IMG/VR virus record: IMGVR_UViG_3300025168_000043
Location: 32,377-96,376 of that record
Strand: one strand, 5' to 3'
DNA length: 64,000 nucleotides
DNA from: a virus
Part shown: positions 1 to 11,600 of the stretch, piece by piece
Position numbering within the stretch: the stretch's first letter is position 1
How the letters are laid out: every line of letters starts with the position of its first letter
Notes under the pieces: generated by a model
Told to the model about the DNA's origin: nothing
The model's input: the letters and a program-made list of their open reading frames with translations, nothing else
The model's database searches: none
Program-made: the position numbers and the translations under genes

Positions 1-13
1 ATGGGATTCTGAC

Positions 14-3000
14 ATGACGTTCCCAGAATTTGGCATACTCAATATCCCTGACCTTTTTGCGATACTTTTAAAAGCTTTAAAAGAAGCCATTATTGAGACT
101 GCTGTAGCTATCGCGATGCAAGTAGTTAAATTAATTTTAGAAAAGATCTTTTCTCTTGCTTGTGATGCTTTAGCACTCCTCGGCGCTAACTTGCTCGACC
201 TCACTAACGGAAACAATCACTTTAGGGACTTGCTAAAAGATAATCTTTGTCCTGACGCGTCCCAAGAGGATATGAATGAAACAATCAAAAATTTGTTTGA
301 TGCATTGGGTGACCCAGATCAAGACTGCCTTGAGCGTCTAACAAATGATGAAATGGGAGACTTTATTGATGATATCTCTCTGATGCTGACACAAGGTCAA
401 ATATGTCAACTGTTAAGGGGCAACCCAAGCGACGAAACAATGAAGATGGCAATGGAGCTTGCACAAACATCAGACTCGGAGTGTATTAGGGATATATTCT
501 CAGATCCCAACGCGTTCAGAGATTTCTTTAGGTCACTCGCGCCATTTATCCCCAACTTAAATGAGTTATGTGATAACTTGCTGCCAAACGCTAGCGACTT
601 AGACGTTTATCCTTGTGCTCCCGGTACTGCTGACAAGATTGAAGAGTTCAGGTGTGACCTCTTGCAACAAAAGGGACTTACTAAAGAAGAGTGTAGAGAT
701 ATTCTTGATGACCTTAAAGACAAGGCTCTAATGGATTTGGCAGATCTAGCCGATGTGATGCAAAATGGGCCGTTTGGAAACACACCACCAATGAGTTCCG
801 ACGAGGACTGCCCAGCCGCAGGTTTCTTCCCAACAGAACATCCACTTCAAAAGGCTCTTAACAATAATATTTCTAAATCAATGATGGAAACCATTGAAAA
901 AGCTCACCTAAGAGACTTGTGGGGTAATATTAATAAAGGCACAGGCCAAGGTGGCTTCTTAAATGCTGTCTTATCTGATACTTTAGGCCGTCCCTATAAA
1001 CAGCATAACTGGTATGTTGAGCATCTTGGTGCCCCGCTGGCAGCAGATTTTGGTTTCTTTGATTATCATTGTGATAATGCGATTATGAAACCCCAAGAGG
1101 GTAAGGTTGATGGTAACGCAAACAAGCCTATAAATGTATTTGGTGAAGTACTGGATGGTCCGGAAGGTGGCAAGTCTGGAAGGCAATCTTTCGGCGCTGG
1201 ATATTCTAATGGTGGCTATCCTCCAACCGTCGCGGCCCATCTTTCCAAGAAGTTTAAAAGTATGCACAAAAACATGACGTTTAGCACCACAACTAAACCT
1301 CCGGGCTTTCCTAACATGGCATCAGCTATAGAGGAATTTGAAAGAGTTCAAAGAGTTAATGAAAAACGCATTGATGAGCGTAGCAAATATATCGAAGCTT
1401 GGATTAGAGAGAATGATATTGAAGATAGATCTCAATCTAAGAGGTCTGTTCTCGCTCAAGATCTTCGTTCGGGTATTGCTAAAAAGATATTCTTCGAGGA
1501 GTTTGCTGGTGATGAAGATACCGCCGGAGGCCTCAAACTAGCTAGAAAGGTGAATCCTAAAAACTCGGCTGCCGACTTGGCCCGAGAGGTCTTGTTAGGT
1601 AAGCAAGTTTTAGGTGGTGTCGGTAAACCGGGCGAAAAAGGAGTCCCCTCACGGTCAGGAACAAAAGGCAAACTATTCCTTGATGAATATGGCGGGAAAC
1701 ATAAGTTACTACCTCTCCCGGACACATCCTCTGCTGATGTTGTATTAAAATACGGAGCATATCCAACAGATCCTGAAGATAATCAGTCGCCATATCAGTT
1801 TACTATTGAATACGATTACAACTTGTTCGATCAGGAAACACAGCGTATAATTGATGATAACAGATACAAAGTTAAAGTTACCGAAACATACAAAACTGGC
1901 AAACCTTCTGGCAAGACTAAGAAGGAGTTACGCCAACTTGGTAATCAACAACTAACAACATCAATTTACCAACCGGGCGCCTCGGGTTATTCTTTCCCTA
2001 GATATGAATTTGAAGTTGTGTCCAACCCACCGGGCGACATAGCTGATTTCTTAGATGGTTTGACCGAAGCAACACCGGGTGAACCGTTAACAAGGCCAAC
2101 TGCGGATCCACTGGGTGATTCTTTTGAGACTGAGGCATTATATAACTTCTTTAGAAGTCAGCTAACTGACATTTCGGAGGACCAACGCACAGCAGTTAGA
2201 GTTATGGACAGAGGGGCATTTAGAAACTATTTTGCTAAAAAAGAAGATCTCTTTGACCCGCTGGATTTCCCAGACCCGATAAAAAGATTAAATCTATTTG
2301 ATCAACTCTCAACAGGATTCATAGAAAGAATCTCCACACTTGTATCAACTGGGAACCCAAATGACGGATACAAGAGCAGAGACGATGACGATCTTAGTAA
2401 AATAGAAAAGAAAATCTCGGAGAAGATGAGCCTTGACAATATCTCCAGAGCTTTCCAGTTTGGGTACAACCCAGATCGACAGGCTAGGATTATTGAACTT
2501 GATCCATTAAAGTTTGGTGGCCCAAGGGCTCAGGCAAACCCTGATTTAGTTCCTCCTCCGTTTTATGTAAAGGAGAGAAGATTCAAAGGCTGGTTAGACT
2601 TATGCGACACACTAGTTCCTGAAGTATCAGGCTGCGAACCAGAATCTAAAGCCATATATAACTTAGAGGATTTGTCAGATCTCATAAGTTCGCTAGAATC
2701 TGAGCTAACAGCAGATCCAAGATTACAAAATGATCCGCTCTGTTCTCAAGAAGCGCCATACGATAAGATTCTTAGTTCTTTTGACGCTGCCAACCTTGAA
2801 GCCTCCATGAGGGCAATCATAAGAATATACACTTTGGACGTGTTCTTAAGAACGATACCAGTCTTCACAGCATTCGCATTAACAAAAGATAACTATGATG
2901 ACCTAATGTTGACGTTTGTTGTTGAAAGAATGAAGCAAGGTCTTGTCGTTGATGGTGCCAAGAGAACAGGTGCAGCAGACAATACTTACTACTACAGGTT

Positions 3001-4432
3001 CTTAGAGCAAGCGGTTAACAACACTAAAAGAAAACTAGACGCTGGAATATTAACTGCTGAAGACTTAACTGATGAAGAAAACGCTGCTTTTGATAGGATA
3101 GCGAATGAAATAATGGCTTATTATGATGAGTTCGACGGAGAACTTGAGTGTTTATCAGATGCTGCCATCAAAGGCAAAGGTATTTTTGATGGATTTTTCT
3201 CTACTTCCGCTGCTGCCTCTGCGGTTGGTATTGGCGCAGGAAGTAACAGGTTTAATAAGGGAGTTGCTAAAAATGCAAAAGACAGGGCATTTAAAGATTT
3301 TGTTGGCCGCACCGAAAAAGACGCGCTCCTGTTCTTAAGAAGGTACGTTAGAGAAGAATTTACATTTTTAAGGGATAAGCTGTCAAATGCAATCCCGCCA
3401 GTGGTCAATAATGTTAATAATCTCATGGCTCTTAGTCCTGATTGGGTTCGTGGTGCTGTAGATGCCGAGGGTCCTTATAATGTTATGGGCGATGTAAATG
3501 ATCCAACCGATTATGTGATAGAGGCTGGTCCGGTCCGGCGAGGATCTAATGATTCGGTGAGCTTTGTTACAAATAATTACTGGCCATTTGTGCTGGAAAA
3601 ATATATTAGAATACAAGAAAAAGAAGCCCCCGGATCTGACGTGGATAGATCTTCAAATCTTTACGACATTGTAAATATAGATGACTGGGAAGCATATGTT
3701 AAAAATGTGGCCTCTAGAGGAATAGAGGGTAATATATCTGACTTGTGGGAAGGATGGAGTTTTGGACTGCGACTAAGCTACCTTGTTGCTAAGGAGGACA
3801 ACGCCGCATTTGAAGAGGTCATGAACACAATACCAGAGTCTGTTTCCAGAGAAAATAAGGCATTTAATGTCGTCGATCGCGCAGGAGAAACCAGATACCT
3901 TATACCTGTTGCATCCGGAGAGCTTCCAATACCAGATCAAAAATACGATTTGTTTAAGGCTGATTCTTATGATGTTTATTGTTTGATTCCTGAGATGCAA
4001 AAAACTCCTGAGTTCCGAACAATGTTTAAATATATTTTCCCGTTGCCTCGTTTTATTTCTTTGATCGCGATGTACTCAACAATGGGTTTTACATCATCAA
4101 TAGGCAACACCGGCTATCCAAACGAAGGTGGGGACGTATGGGAATATCCGGGCGGAAAACCTCACAAGAAATTTAGAAAGTGGAACCATAGCCCACAGAA
4201 AGCTTTTCAAAGGTCCCGTCAGGCTGCAAGAAGAGTATTCGAAAGTTTCTATGAAGCAGCACAAGCTCTTGATTTTGATATGTCTTCCGATAGGGATCCA
4301 AAGAATAGTGCCGATTCTTTAAGAAACTCAATCCGACCAAAGGTTAACTTTGAAGATGGGCTTCGTTGGTGGGAAAGGGGCCTTAGAGTTACAGGTAATC
4401 CATATAACGATGACGGCGACTTGTGCGACTAA
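14..4432 (+). CDS. Large hypothetical protein, probably virion/baseplate-associated; likely 5'-truncated by the window
   Basis: 1472-aa ORF; the frame stays open upstream to the window edge (tgg gat tct gac atg); acidic, Cys-rich N-part; lies directly before baseplate wedge genes. Confidence 0.55.
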   Translation: MTFPEFGILNIPDLFAILLKALKEAIIETAVAIAMQVVKLILEKIFSLACDALALLGANLLDLTNGNNHFRDLLKDNLCPDASQEDMNETIKNLFDALGDPDQDCLERLTNDEMGDFIDDISLMLTQGQICQLLRGNPSDETMKMAMELAQTSDSECIRDIFSDPNAFRDFFRSLAPFIPNLNELCDNLLPNASDLDVYPCAPGTADKIEEFRCDLLQQKGLTKEECRDILDDLKDKALMDLADLADVMQNGPFGNTPPMSSDEDCPAAGFFPTEHPLQKALNNNISKSMMETIEKAHLRDLWGNINKGTGQGGFLNAVLSDTLGRPYKQHNWYVEHLGAPLAADFGFFDYHCDNAIMKPQEGKVDGNANKPINVFGEVLDGPEGGKSGRQSFGAGYSNGGYPPTVAAHLSKKFKSMHKNMTFSTTTKPPGFPNMASAIEEFERVQRVNEKRIDERSKYIEAWIRENDIEDRSQSKRSVLAQDLRSGIAKKIFFEEFAGDEDTAGGLKLARKVNPKNSAADLAREVLLGKQVLGGVGKPGEKGVPSRSGTKGKLFLDEYGGKHKLLPLPDTSSADVVLKYGAYPTDPEDNQSPYQFTIEYDYNLFDQETQRIIDDNRYKVKVTETYKTGKPSGKTKKELRQLGNQQLTTSIYQPGASGYSFPRYEFEVVSNPPGDIADFLDGLTEATPGEPLTRPTADPLGDSFETEALYNFFRSQLTDISEDQRTAVRVMDRGAFRNYFAKKEDLFDPLDFPDPIKRLNLFDQLSTGFIERISTLVSTGNPNDGYKSRDDDDLSKIEKKISEKMSLDNISRAFQFGYNPDRQARIIELDPLKFGGPRAQANPDLVPPPFYVKERRFKGWLDLCDTLVPEVSGCEPESKAIYNLEDLSDLISSLESELTADPRLQNDPLCSQEAPYDKILSSFDAANLEASMRAIIRIYTLDVFLRTIPVFTAFALTKDNYDDLMLTFVVERMKQGLVVDGAKRTGAADNTYYYRFLEQAVNNTKRKLDAGILTAEDLTDEENAAFDRIANEIMAYYDEFDGELECLSDAAIKGKGIFDGFFSTSAAASAVGIGAGSNRFNKGVAKNAKDRAFKDFVGRTEKDALLFLRRYVREEFTFLRDKLSNAIPPVVNNVNNLMALSPDWVRGAVDAEGPYNVMGDVNDPTDYVIEAGPVRRGSNDSVSFVTNNYWPFVLEKYIRIQEKEAPGSDVDRSSNLYDIVNIDDWEAYVKNVASRGIEGNISDLWEGWSFGLRLSYLVAKEDNAAFEEVMNTIPESVSRENKAFNVVDRAGETRYLIPVASGELPIPDQKYDLFKADSYDVYCLIPEMQKTPEFRTMFKYIFPLPRFISLIAMYSTMGFTSSIGNTGYPNEGGDVWEYPGGKPHKKFRKWNHSPQKAFQRSRQAARRVFESFYEAAQALDFDMSSDRDPKNSADSLRNSIRPKVNFEDGLRWWERGLRVTGNPYNDDGDLCD

Positions 4433-4459
4433 CTATATATTAATGTGGAGGAATAAATA

Positions 4460-4909
4460 ATGGCTCAAGGTTTAGCAATAGCTCTACCACTTACAGTAGA
4501 TACGGTGGATGGACCATATACATTACATAAAAATTTAACTGATATGGCATCGCAAAACTTAAAAATGGTCATATTAACCTCCCCCGGCGAGAGAATAATG
4601 ATCCCAGAGTTTGGAGTTGGCATCAGAAACTTCCTCTTTGAACCAAATAATAACGATACAAGAGAAAGAATCAGAAACAGAATCCAAGTTCAAGTTGAAA
4701 AATACTTGCCATATATTGAGTTAGTGAGTCTTGAATTGTATAAACCACAAACCGCAATAGTCGGTGAGACAGACGACAACGGCTTAGTCATAAGAATAAA
4801 ATACTCGATACCAGCCGCAAACGTTGTTTCAGAATTGACCATCGATGCGGGCTCCGGAGCCTCCACATCTACTAGTGGCGGTTCTGGTGGATCTGGCGGC
4901 GGCTATTAA
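4460..4909 (+). CDS. Baseplate wedge subunit, T4 gp25/GPW-like
   Basis: Motif NLKMVILTSPGERIMIPEFGVGIRNFLFEP typical of the gp25 family; SD ggagga upstream; adjacent to gp6-like gene. Confidence 0.88.
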   Translation: MAQGLAIALPLTVDTVDGPYTLHKNLTDMASQNLKMVILTSPGERIMIPEFGVGIRNFLFEPNNNDTRERIRNRIQVQVEKYLPYIELVSLELYKPQTAIVGETDDNGLVIRIKYSIPAANVVSELTIDAGSGASTSTSGGSGGSGGGY

Positions 4910-4962
4910 TCTATGTGTTTAAATGTTTGTTTGAATACTATTTAAAGAGGGAGAAACATTAG

Positions 4963-6759
4963 ATGGCCAGAAGAAATGTACCCATAGATTATACTAGCAG
5001 AGATTTTGATTCCATTAGGGAAGATCTCATAAACTATACAAAGAGATATTACCCCGACACGTTTAAAGATTTCAGCGAGGCCTCCTTTGGCTCTTTAATG
5101 CTTGATACGGTCGCTTATGTCGGCGACATTATGTCATTCTATCTTGACTATCAGGTTAACGAGTCTTTTATTGATACGGCCGTTGACTTTAAAAATATTC
5201 TTCGAATAGCCAAGCAGATGGGATACAAATATACCGGAGCCAAAACAACTTCTGGTATGGTTTCTTTTTATGCAATAGTTCCGGCCACATCAGTCGGTCT
5301 CGGCCCAAGAACAACCCATATGCCAATATTAAAAGCAAATACCGTGGTTAAGTCTGATTCTGGCGCCTCTTTTATTTTGACAGATGATGTTCGTTTTGAT
5401 GACCCATCAAATGAAGTAGTAGCCGCGCAGACCGATACTACAACAGGCGTACCCACAAGTTATGCTGTTAAGGCCGAAGGGCAGGTAATATCAGGCATAT
5501 TTGGCCAAACTACTGAGATTGTAGGTGCGTTCCAAAAGTTTAAGACGGTTCGTATAAACAACGCGAACCTAGTAGAAATAACCAGTGTATTTGATTCACA
5601 AGGTCACGAATATTTTGAAGTTGAATACTTAACACAAGATGTTGTATACAAGGCTGTTCCCAATAGAGATGAAAATACAAGACAAAATGCTCCATCACTT
5701 ATGAGACCATTTGTTGCTGCGCGCCGATTTACAGTTGAAAGAGATATTAATGGAGTTACATTAACTTTTGGCCACGGCTCTGATTCTGAAACAGCTTCAC
5801 AGACAATCGCCGACCCGGCAAATGTAGTCTTGCAAAGGGCCGCGAAAGACTATACTACTGATGTATCCTTTGATCCATCTAATCTGGTTGGAAATGACAA
5901 GTTGGGCATAGGACCAGCAAACACAACTCTAACAATAAGGTTCAGAGAAAATACTGCTTCAAATGCTAACGCAGCTATTGGATCAATCACGGCAGTAGCT
6001 AATCCTATTTTTGAGTTTAACGACCCAACTATAGCAAATACAGCAGCAGCAAGGGATGTTGTTGCTAGTATAGAGTGTTCAAATGAAGAGCCTCTAGTTG
6101 GCTCAACAGCAATCCCATCACGCGAAGAAGTTCGACAAGAAGCTATGATGGCTTTTTCTAGTCAAAACAGGGCTGTTACTTCGCAAGACTACGAAGCTCT
6201 TGTTTATATGATGCCCGGCAAGTTTGGTTCCGTCAAACGCGCAAGAGTTGTCAGAGACCAAGATTCATTGAAACGAAATCTAAACATTTATGTTATCTCT
6301 GAGAACTCATTTGGTAAAATGGCTACTACAAACAATGCTATCAAGGAAAACTTAAAAGTTCACTTAAACAGATATCGCATGATCAATGATACGGTAGATA
6401 TTCTGGATGCTAAGATAGTTAATATAGCTATCGATTTTGAGGTTGTATCAAGCGAAGAAATAAACAAATACGAAGTGTTAGATTCTTGTATACAAGCACT
6501 TAGAAGAAAATACTCATCTCCGATGTTTATAGGAGAAAGGTTTTATATTACCGATGTATATACAGAACTCAACAAGGTGCGCGGCGTGGTGGATACATCC
6601 AGAGTGAAGCTTGTCAGTAAGTCTGGAGGAAACTACTCATCCTCAGCCCTTAACATTGATCAATATATGTCCCTCGATGGCAGGTACTTATCAGTCCCAG
6701 ACAATGTAATAATTGAGATCAAGTTCCCAAGAATAGATATTAAAGGAACCGTAAGATAA
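4963..6759 (+). CDS. Baseplate wedge protein, T4 gp6/baseplate J-like
   Basis: N-terminal IDYTSRDFDSIREDLINY...SFYLDYQVNESFIDTA and QNRAVTSQDYE motifs of the gp6 family. Confidence 0.88.
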   Translation: MARRNVPIDYTSRDFDSIREDLINYTKRYYPDTFKDFSEASFGSLMLDTVAYVGDIMSFYLDYQVNESFIDTAVDFKNILRIAKQMGYKYTGAKTTSGMVSFYAIVPATSVGLGPRTTHMPILKANTVVKSDSGASFILTDDVRFDDPSNEVVAAQTDTTTGVPTSYAVKAEGQVISGIFGQTTEIVGAFQKFKTVRINNANLVEITSVFDSQGHEYFEVEYLTQDVVYKAVPNRDENTRQNAPSLMRPFVAARRFTVERDINGVTLTFGHGSDSETASQTIADPANVVLQRAAKDYTTDVSFDPSNLVGNDKLGIGPANTTLTIRFRENTASNANAAIGSITAVANPIFEFNDPTIANTAAARDVVASIECSNEEPLVGSTAIPSREEVRQEAMMAFSSQNRAVTSQDYEALVYMMPGKFGSVKRARVVRDQDSLKRNLNIYVISENSFGKMATTNNAIKENLKVHLNRYRMINDTVDILDAKIVNIAIDFEVVSSEEINKYEVLDSCIQALRRKYSSPMFIGERFYITDVYTELNKVRGVVDTSRVKLVSKSGGNYSSSALNIDQYMSLDGRYLSVPDNVIIEIKFPRIDIKGTVR

Positions 6760-8651
6760 TGGGTATTAAAAGATACTACGCTAAAAAAGATAATACTATA
6801 TCAAACGCTTTCAAAGAGAATTTAGTTACCCGAGCTACTGGGTCCAACATGGGGGCCTCTGATATTCTGGAGGTGTTTTCAATTTATGGCCAAGCAAACT
6901 CCACTTCTACGGAGGAGGCTAGAGTACTGATTAAATTTGACTGCACTGCATCAACCGATTCTATTAAAGCAGACAGAGATGCAGGAGTTATTCCTGTTAG
7001 TGGTAATGTAAACTTCTTTTTAAGACTCTACAACGCACCCCACAGCCAGACTCTTCCTAAATCATACACAATGGATGTCTCAGCCATTTCAGGCTCTTGG
7101 AATGAGGGTACAGGCCTTGATATGGAAGGTTACAAAGACATTGGTGCTTCCAACTGGGTAAATAGTCAAACAAATCAAGTCGCTGCCACAATGCGCTTCC
7201 AAGTTGATCAAAATTTAAGCGGCAACGGCCAAAGTTTTACTCTTATAAATACTGATGGTACGTCCGTTACATTTACATCGGATAGTAGCAAAACCGAGAC
7301 ACAATCAACCGCAACACTAATAGGTACCAGCCTTGACGGCACAGCAGCTAAAGCAATAACATCAGTTCACAATGCTTTGTCTGCTGCCATAACGGCTGGC
7401 ACACTTAAGATGTCTATAACTTCGCTTTCTGGTGCTTTATCGGACAGTGGATTTATGACCTTAACACAAAATGTAGGAGGAGTGGCAGGTAACAGCGCAA
7501 TACCATCTGGTGTTATGAACGGCGTTAGTTTTACCGTGGGTTTTACTGGTGGATCCGGCGCTTGGGCTACAACAGGCGGCGATTACTTCTCCGATACATC
7601 TTCTTCTTTCTCCGCATCCTTCGATGACGGCACTGAAGACATAGAACTAGACATTACACCGCTTGTAGAACAGTGGCTATCCTCCTCTAATCTTGGACAA
7701 AAAGAAGACGAAGGGGTCGGTGTATTTTTATCTAACACTTATTCCACTGCTGCAAGATCATATTATACAAAAAGATTCTTCGCAAGAGGTACAGAGTTTT
7801 TCTATAAGCAACCAAATATTGAGGCTCGCTGGGATTCTTCAATTGAGGACGACCGAGGAAACTTTTATTATAGCAGTTCTTTAGCTACTGGACCTGAGAA
7901 TCTAAATACTATCTTCTTTTATAACTACTTTAGAGGACGACTTCGTAATATACCTGATATTGGAACAGATAATATAGGCGTAAGCATCTTCTCCTCTTCA
8001 GCAGGCACACCCACTGGATCAGCTATCTCACTTGTGGCAGACGGCACCCACGTTCTATCAACAGGTTTATTTGCGGTCACAGGCGGTCATGTTTCTACTG
8101 GTATATACTCGGCCTCATTTGCTATGACGGCTGCTGCTACCCCCCTTACAACGATCAATGACATATGGTTTAAACTAGATAACTCATCGGCCGATGCCTC
8201 AACGGGCATCCAATACGGTACAGGAACAATCGAACCCAAAACCATTACAAACATGTACAATGCCCCCACAAACGATTATGTGGTTACAATAACAAACTTG
8301 CGAGAAAAGTATCGTCCTGAAGAGACTGCACGTTTTAGAGTTTACAGTCGCCAAAAAGATTGGACACCAACTATTTACACTAAGGCGGTAAGCACGCCAG
8401 AGGTTGAAATTGTTGAAAGTGGCTCTTTCGAAGTCTTCAGGGTTATAGATGATCTAAAAATTATACCACACGGAACGGGAAGCACACCATATTATACTTT
8501 CCTTTCATATGACACATCCGGATCCTATTTTGATTTAGATATGGCACTTTTTGAGCCCGGATATGTTAACGGTATAAAACTAGCATTCTATAACGAAGAT
8601 ATAGGGAGTTGGGTTGAGCAATCAGAAATCTTTAAATTTAGAGTTGAATAA
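6759..8651 (+). CDS. Virion structural protein (baseplate-associated, beta-rich)
   Basis: 630 aa, translationally coupled to gp6-like gene (TAATG); Ser/Thr/Gly-rich; KDNTI...RVLIKFD...LRLYNA...WNEGTG pattern. Confidence 0.55.
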   Translation: MGIKRYYAKKDNTISNAFKENLVTRATGSNMGASDILEVFSIYGQANSTSTEEARVLIKFDCTASTDSIKADRDAGVIPVSGNVNFFLRLYNAPHSQTLPKSYTMDVSAISGSWNEGTGLDMEGYKDIGASNWVNSQTNQVAATMRFQVDQNLSGNGQSFTLINTDGTSVTFTSDSSKTETQSTATLIGTSLDGTAAKAITSVHNALSAAITAGTLKMSITSLSGALSDSGFMTLTQNVGGVAGNSAIPSGVMNGVSFTVGFTGGSGAWATTGGDYFSDTSSSFSASFDDGTEDIELDITPLVEQWLSSSNLGQKEDEGVGVFLSNTYSTAARSYYTKRFFARGTEFFYKQPNIEARWDSSIEDDRGNFYYSSSLATGPENLNTIFFYNYFRGRLRNIPDIGTDNIGVSIFSSSAGTPTGSAISLVADGTHVLSTGLFAVTGGHVSTGIYSASFAMTAAATPLTTINDIWFKLDNSSADASTGIQYGTGTIEPKTITNMYNAPTNDYVVTITNLREKYRPEETARFRVYSRQKDWTPTIYTKAVSTPEVEIVESGSFEVFRVIDDLKIIPHGTGSTPYYTFLSYDTSGSYFDLDMALFEPGYVNGIKLAFYNEDIGSWVEQSEIFKFRVE

Positions 8652-8667
8652 CTAAGGTAGTTAAAGT

Positions 8668-11600
8668 ATGAGTATCAAAAAACTATTTGATTCAAATAAA
8701 ACAAACGACATACTCGTCTCGACTAACCTAGAAGAAGAGGTAGTCAAGAACGTCCCCGAGCTTGAATCTGCGGATAACGTCAGAGAGCAGATCGAGAGGA
8801 TTAATCGTTTTATACCACAGGTGGATTATAGTGATCCAGCCAACTTTGCTGTTTATGGATCAGCCGAGCGATACTATAGGGATTCATTCCACAGAGTTGC
8901 CACTCAATACCCGTATGATGGCTCCGAAGAAGAGATAACTCGCTACAACAACGAGTCCAACTACCTTGACCTACATATCCTTGAGAATGAGTATCCTAGG
9001 ACGCTTGGCCACGTTCGGTTTCCTACAAATAACGGCGGCGGATCCGCTACTAACCAGTTTGGCCAACAAACAAACGCAGCAAACATTACATTTTTTGGCG
9101 GTCCAAATGCTATAGCAGGAGGGATGACAACTGGCTCATTCCACCTACAGTTCACTGGTTCCAACTATTACGATACAGATATTTATCAAACTGATGGTAC
9201 GCTTGCATTAGACAGAGTTGGGTCAAGAGAAAGTAACTTAACTTACAATCTTCCTAGCAAAGGGCTCACTGTTGAGTTTTGGCAAGGAACCGAAGGAAAC
9301 CTGATAAGTGCCACCGGCCCGTTTGGCCGACAATCCAGACACGCTTTGTTTGATTTATGGAACGGAGAAGCCTCAAGTTCGGCTCAATATGGTCGCCTAA
9401 CTGTATACGCTTCAGGTTCTTCATCAGCCTTTAAAGGTATTTATCTAAACGCATATTCAGGCACTGTTGGAATCCAAGAACTTGAGTTATTGGATCCTGC
9501 TGTGGCTGCTCAAATCCCACCACAATATGTTAATACTTCATCTCCCACACCGGGTCACTTGGCTTTTGCTTTTAGTTCTGGGTCAACTCTGGGTTTAACT
9601 GTTAAAACATATATTAATGGTGTTCTAACCACAACAACAGGCTCTTCAGTCGCCCTAAATGAAGTCACTGGCGCCCTCCGAGGCCGTATTGGTGCTCTCC
9701 TAACGAACCCATCAGGTACTTCTATAGGTACAGATATGGATGGATACGGTACCAGTATTCGCAGTGCCTACGACGAGTTTAGGTACTGGAAAGCCGAGAG
9801 AACAGAAAAAGAAATACAACAAAACTATTGGACACAAGTTCGCGGCGGCACAAATAACGAAATAGCAAACGCAGAACTCGGTGTATACTACAAATTTAAC
9901 GAGGGCATTACAGGGGATGCAACAACTGACACCACTGTTTTAGACTATTCAGGCCGCATTACAAATGGAACTATCACAAACTACGGCACTGATGCTACCA
10001 CTACACTAGTAAGAAATGCCAACCTCCTGCCCGAGCGCAGTTCGCTTATTGTTGCTGCTGGAGCAGCCACATCAGAGTTCAAAGACCCAATCATCTATGC
10101 AAGCCATCCAGATGTTGTCTCAGCACTTGACAGATTGGTCGCATCTGGTAGCGTCCACGACTTTGAAAACCAAGCAAGCATAAAAGATTCTATCCCAAGC
10201 TGGATCATAGAAGAAGACGAAACATCAGGCGGTGAAGAGTTAGGAAAGCTTACGCAGATCCTTGGCTCCTATATGGACACACTTAACCTGCAAATTGAGT
10301 CCCTGCCCACATTAGCAGATAATACATACTTAAGTGGCAGCGACAAGCCTACACCATTTATGAAGAACCTGTTAAGCTCCCGAGGCTTGGCAGTCCCAGA
10401 AATCTTTGTGGACGCAGATCTGCTCCAAAGATTCGCTAACAGAAGCGACACCGAAGGCTACACTCTTGATATTAACGATACCAAGAACCTTATTTACAAA
10501 AACATCTACAACAACCTTATCTATCTTTATAAGTCAAAGGGTACAGAAAAAGCATTTAGAAACCTTATCCGCTGTTACGGTATCGGTGAAGATGTTATTA
10601 GATTCAACGCATATGCAAGCAATCAAACCTTTGACATCCAAGAAACAAGACAAGACAGAGTTATTAGAAAGAACTATGTTGACTTTAACCACCCTGATAG
10701 GTTTGATGGGGTTGTTTATCAGAGAGCCAACACTGGTGAAACAACTGGCATATCTTTCTTCTCGGCATCCTCGCCAAATAACGCTTTTGCTCAAACCGCA
10801 GAACTAGAAGTTATATTCCCAAGAAAGATGGAGTTTGCTAACTCGCAATATTTTGATACACCTTTTGTTACAGCGTCCCTCTACGGTAAAGCATCAGCAT
10901 CAGCAGACCCAGCAATCTTTGACGCAGCGTTTAGCAATAACCCAGCCACCGCACCTTGGCTTGTTGCTTATGCTGTTCGCACACAACAAAACTCAAATGA
11001 TGCTTATTTTGTTCTTGATTCTAACTTATTTACAAATCCACTTACAAGTGACATTTACTCAAATATTTACGACAACCAGAAATGGAATCTGGCGATAAGA
11101 GTTAAATCAAAAAACTGGCCATACTCTACGGGCTCTGTTGCATCAGGTGATGGGGCTGCTTCTTTCGGAAACCAAGAGGTTAGCTTTGTTGGCTATAACG
11201 TAGAAAATGGAGTCGTAAGAAATAGTTTTGTTTTAACAACTTCATCAATATCCTCCAATTTAGGGCCAAGTTTGCCTTATCGCTACTTCGTCGGCTCACA
11301 AAGAACAAATTATACAGGCGCAGTAGGCCATCAGACTGATATCTTAGCATCCTCACTACGAGTATATACAACCTTTTTAGATGACGATGTTATCAAATCA
11401 CACGCCCTTGACCCCGAAAACTACGGAACAAGAAACCCTAGCAGAAACTTGTTGTTCTATAACGACTCTGACGACGCAAGCCTAAACCCGGCGATTAAAA
11501 CAACTATCCCAGAGTCTGTTTCTCTTGCTCTTAATTGGGATTATTCGCAGGTCACTACAACAGACGCCACTGGCCGCTTTTCGGTCCAAGATGCATCATC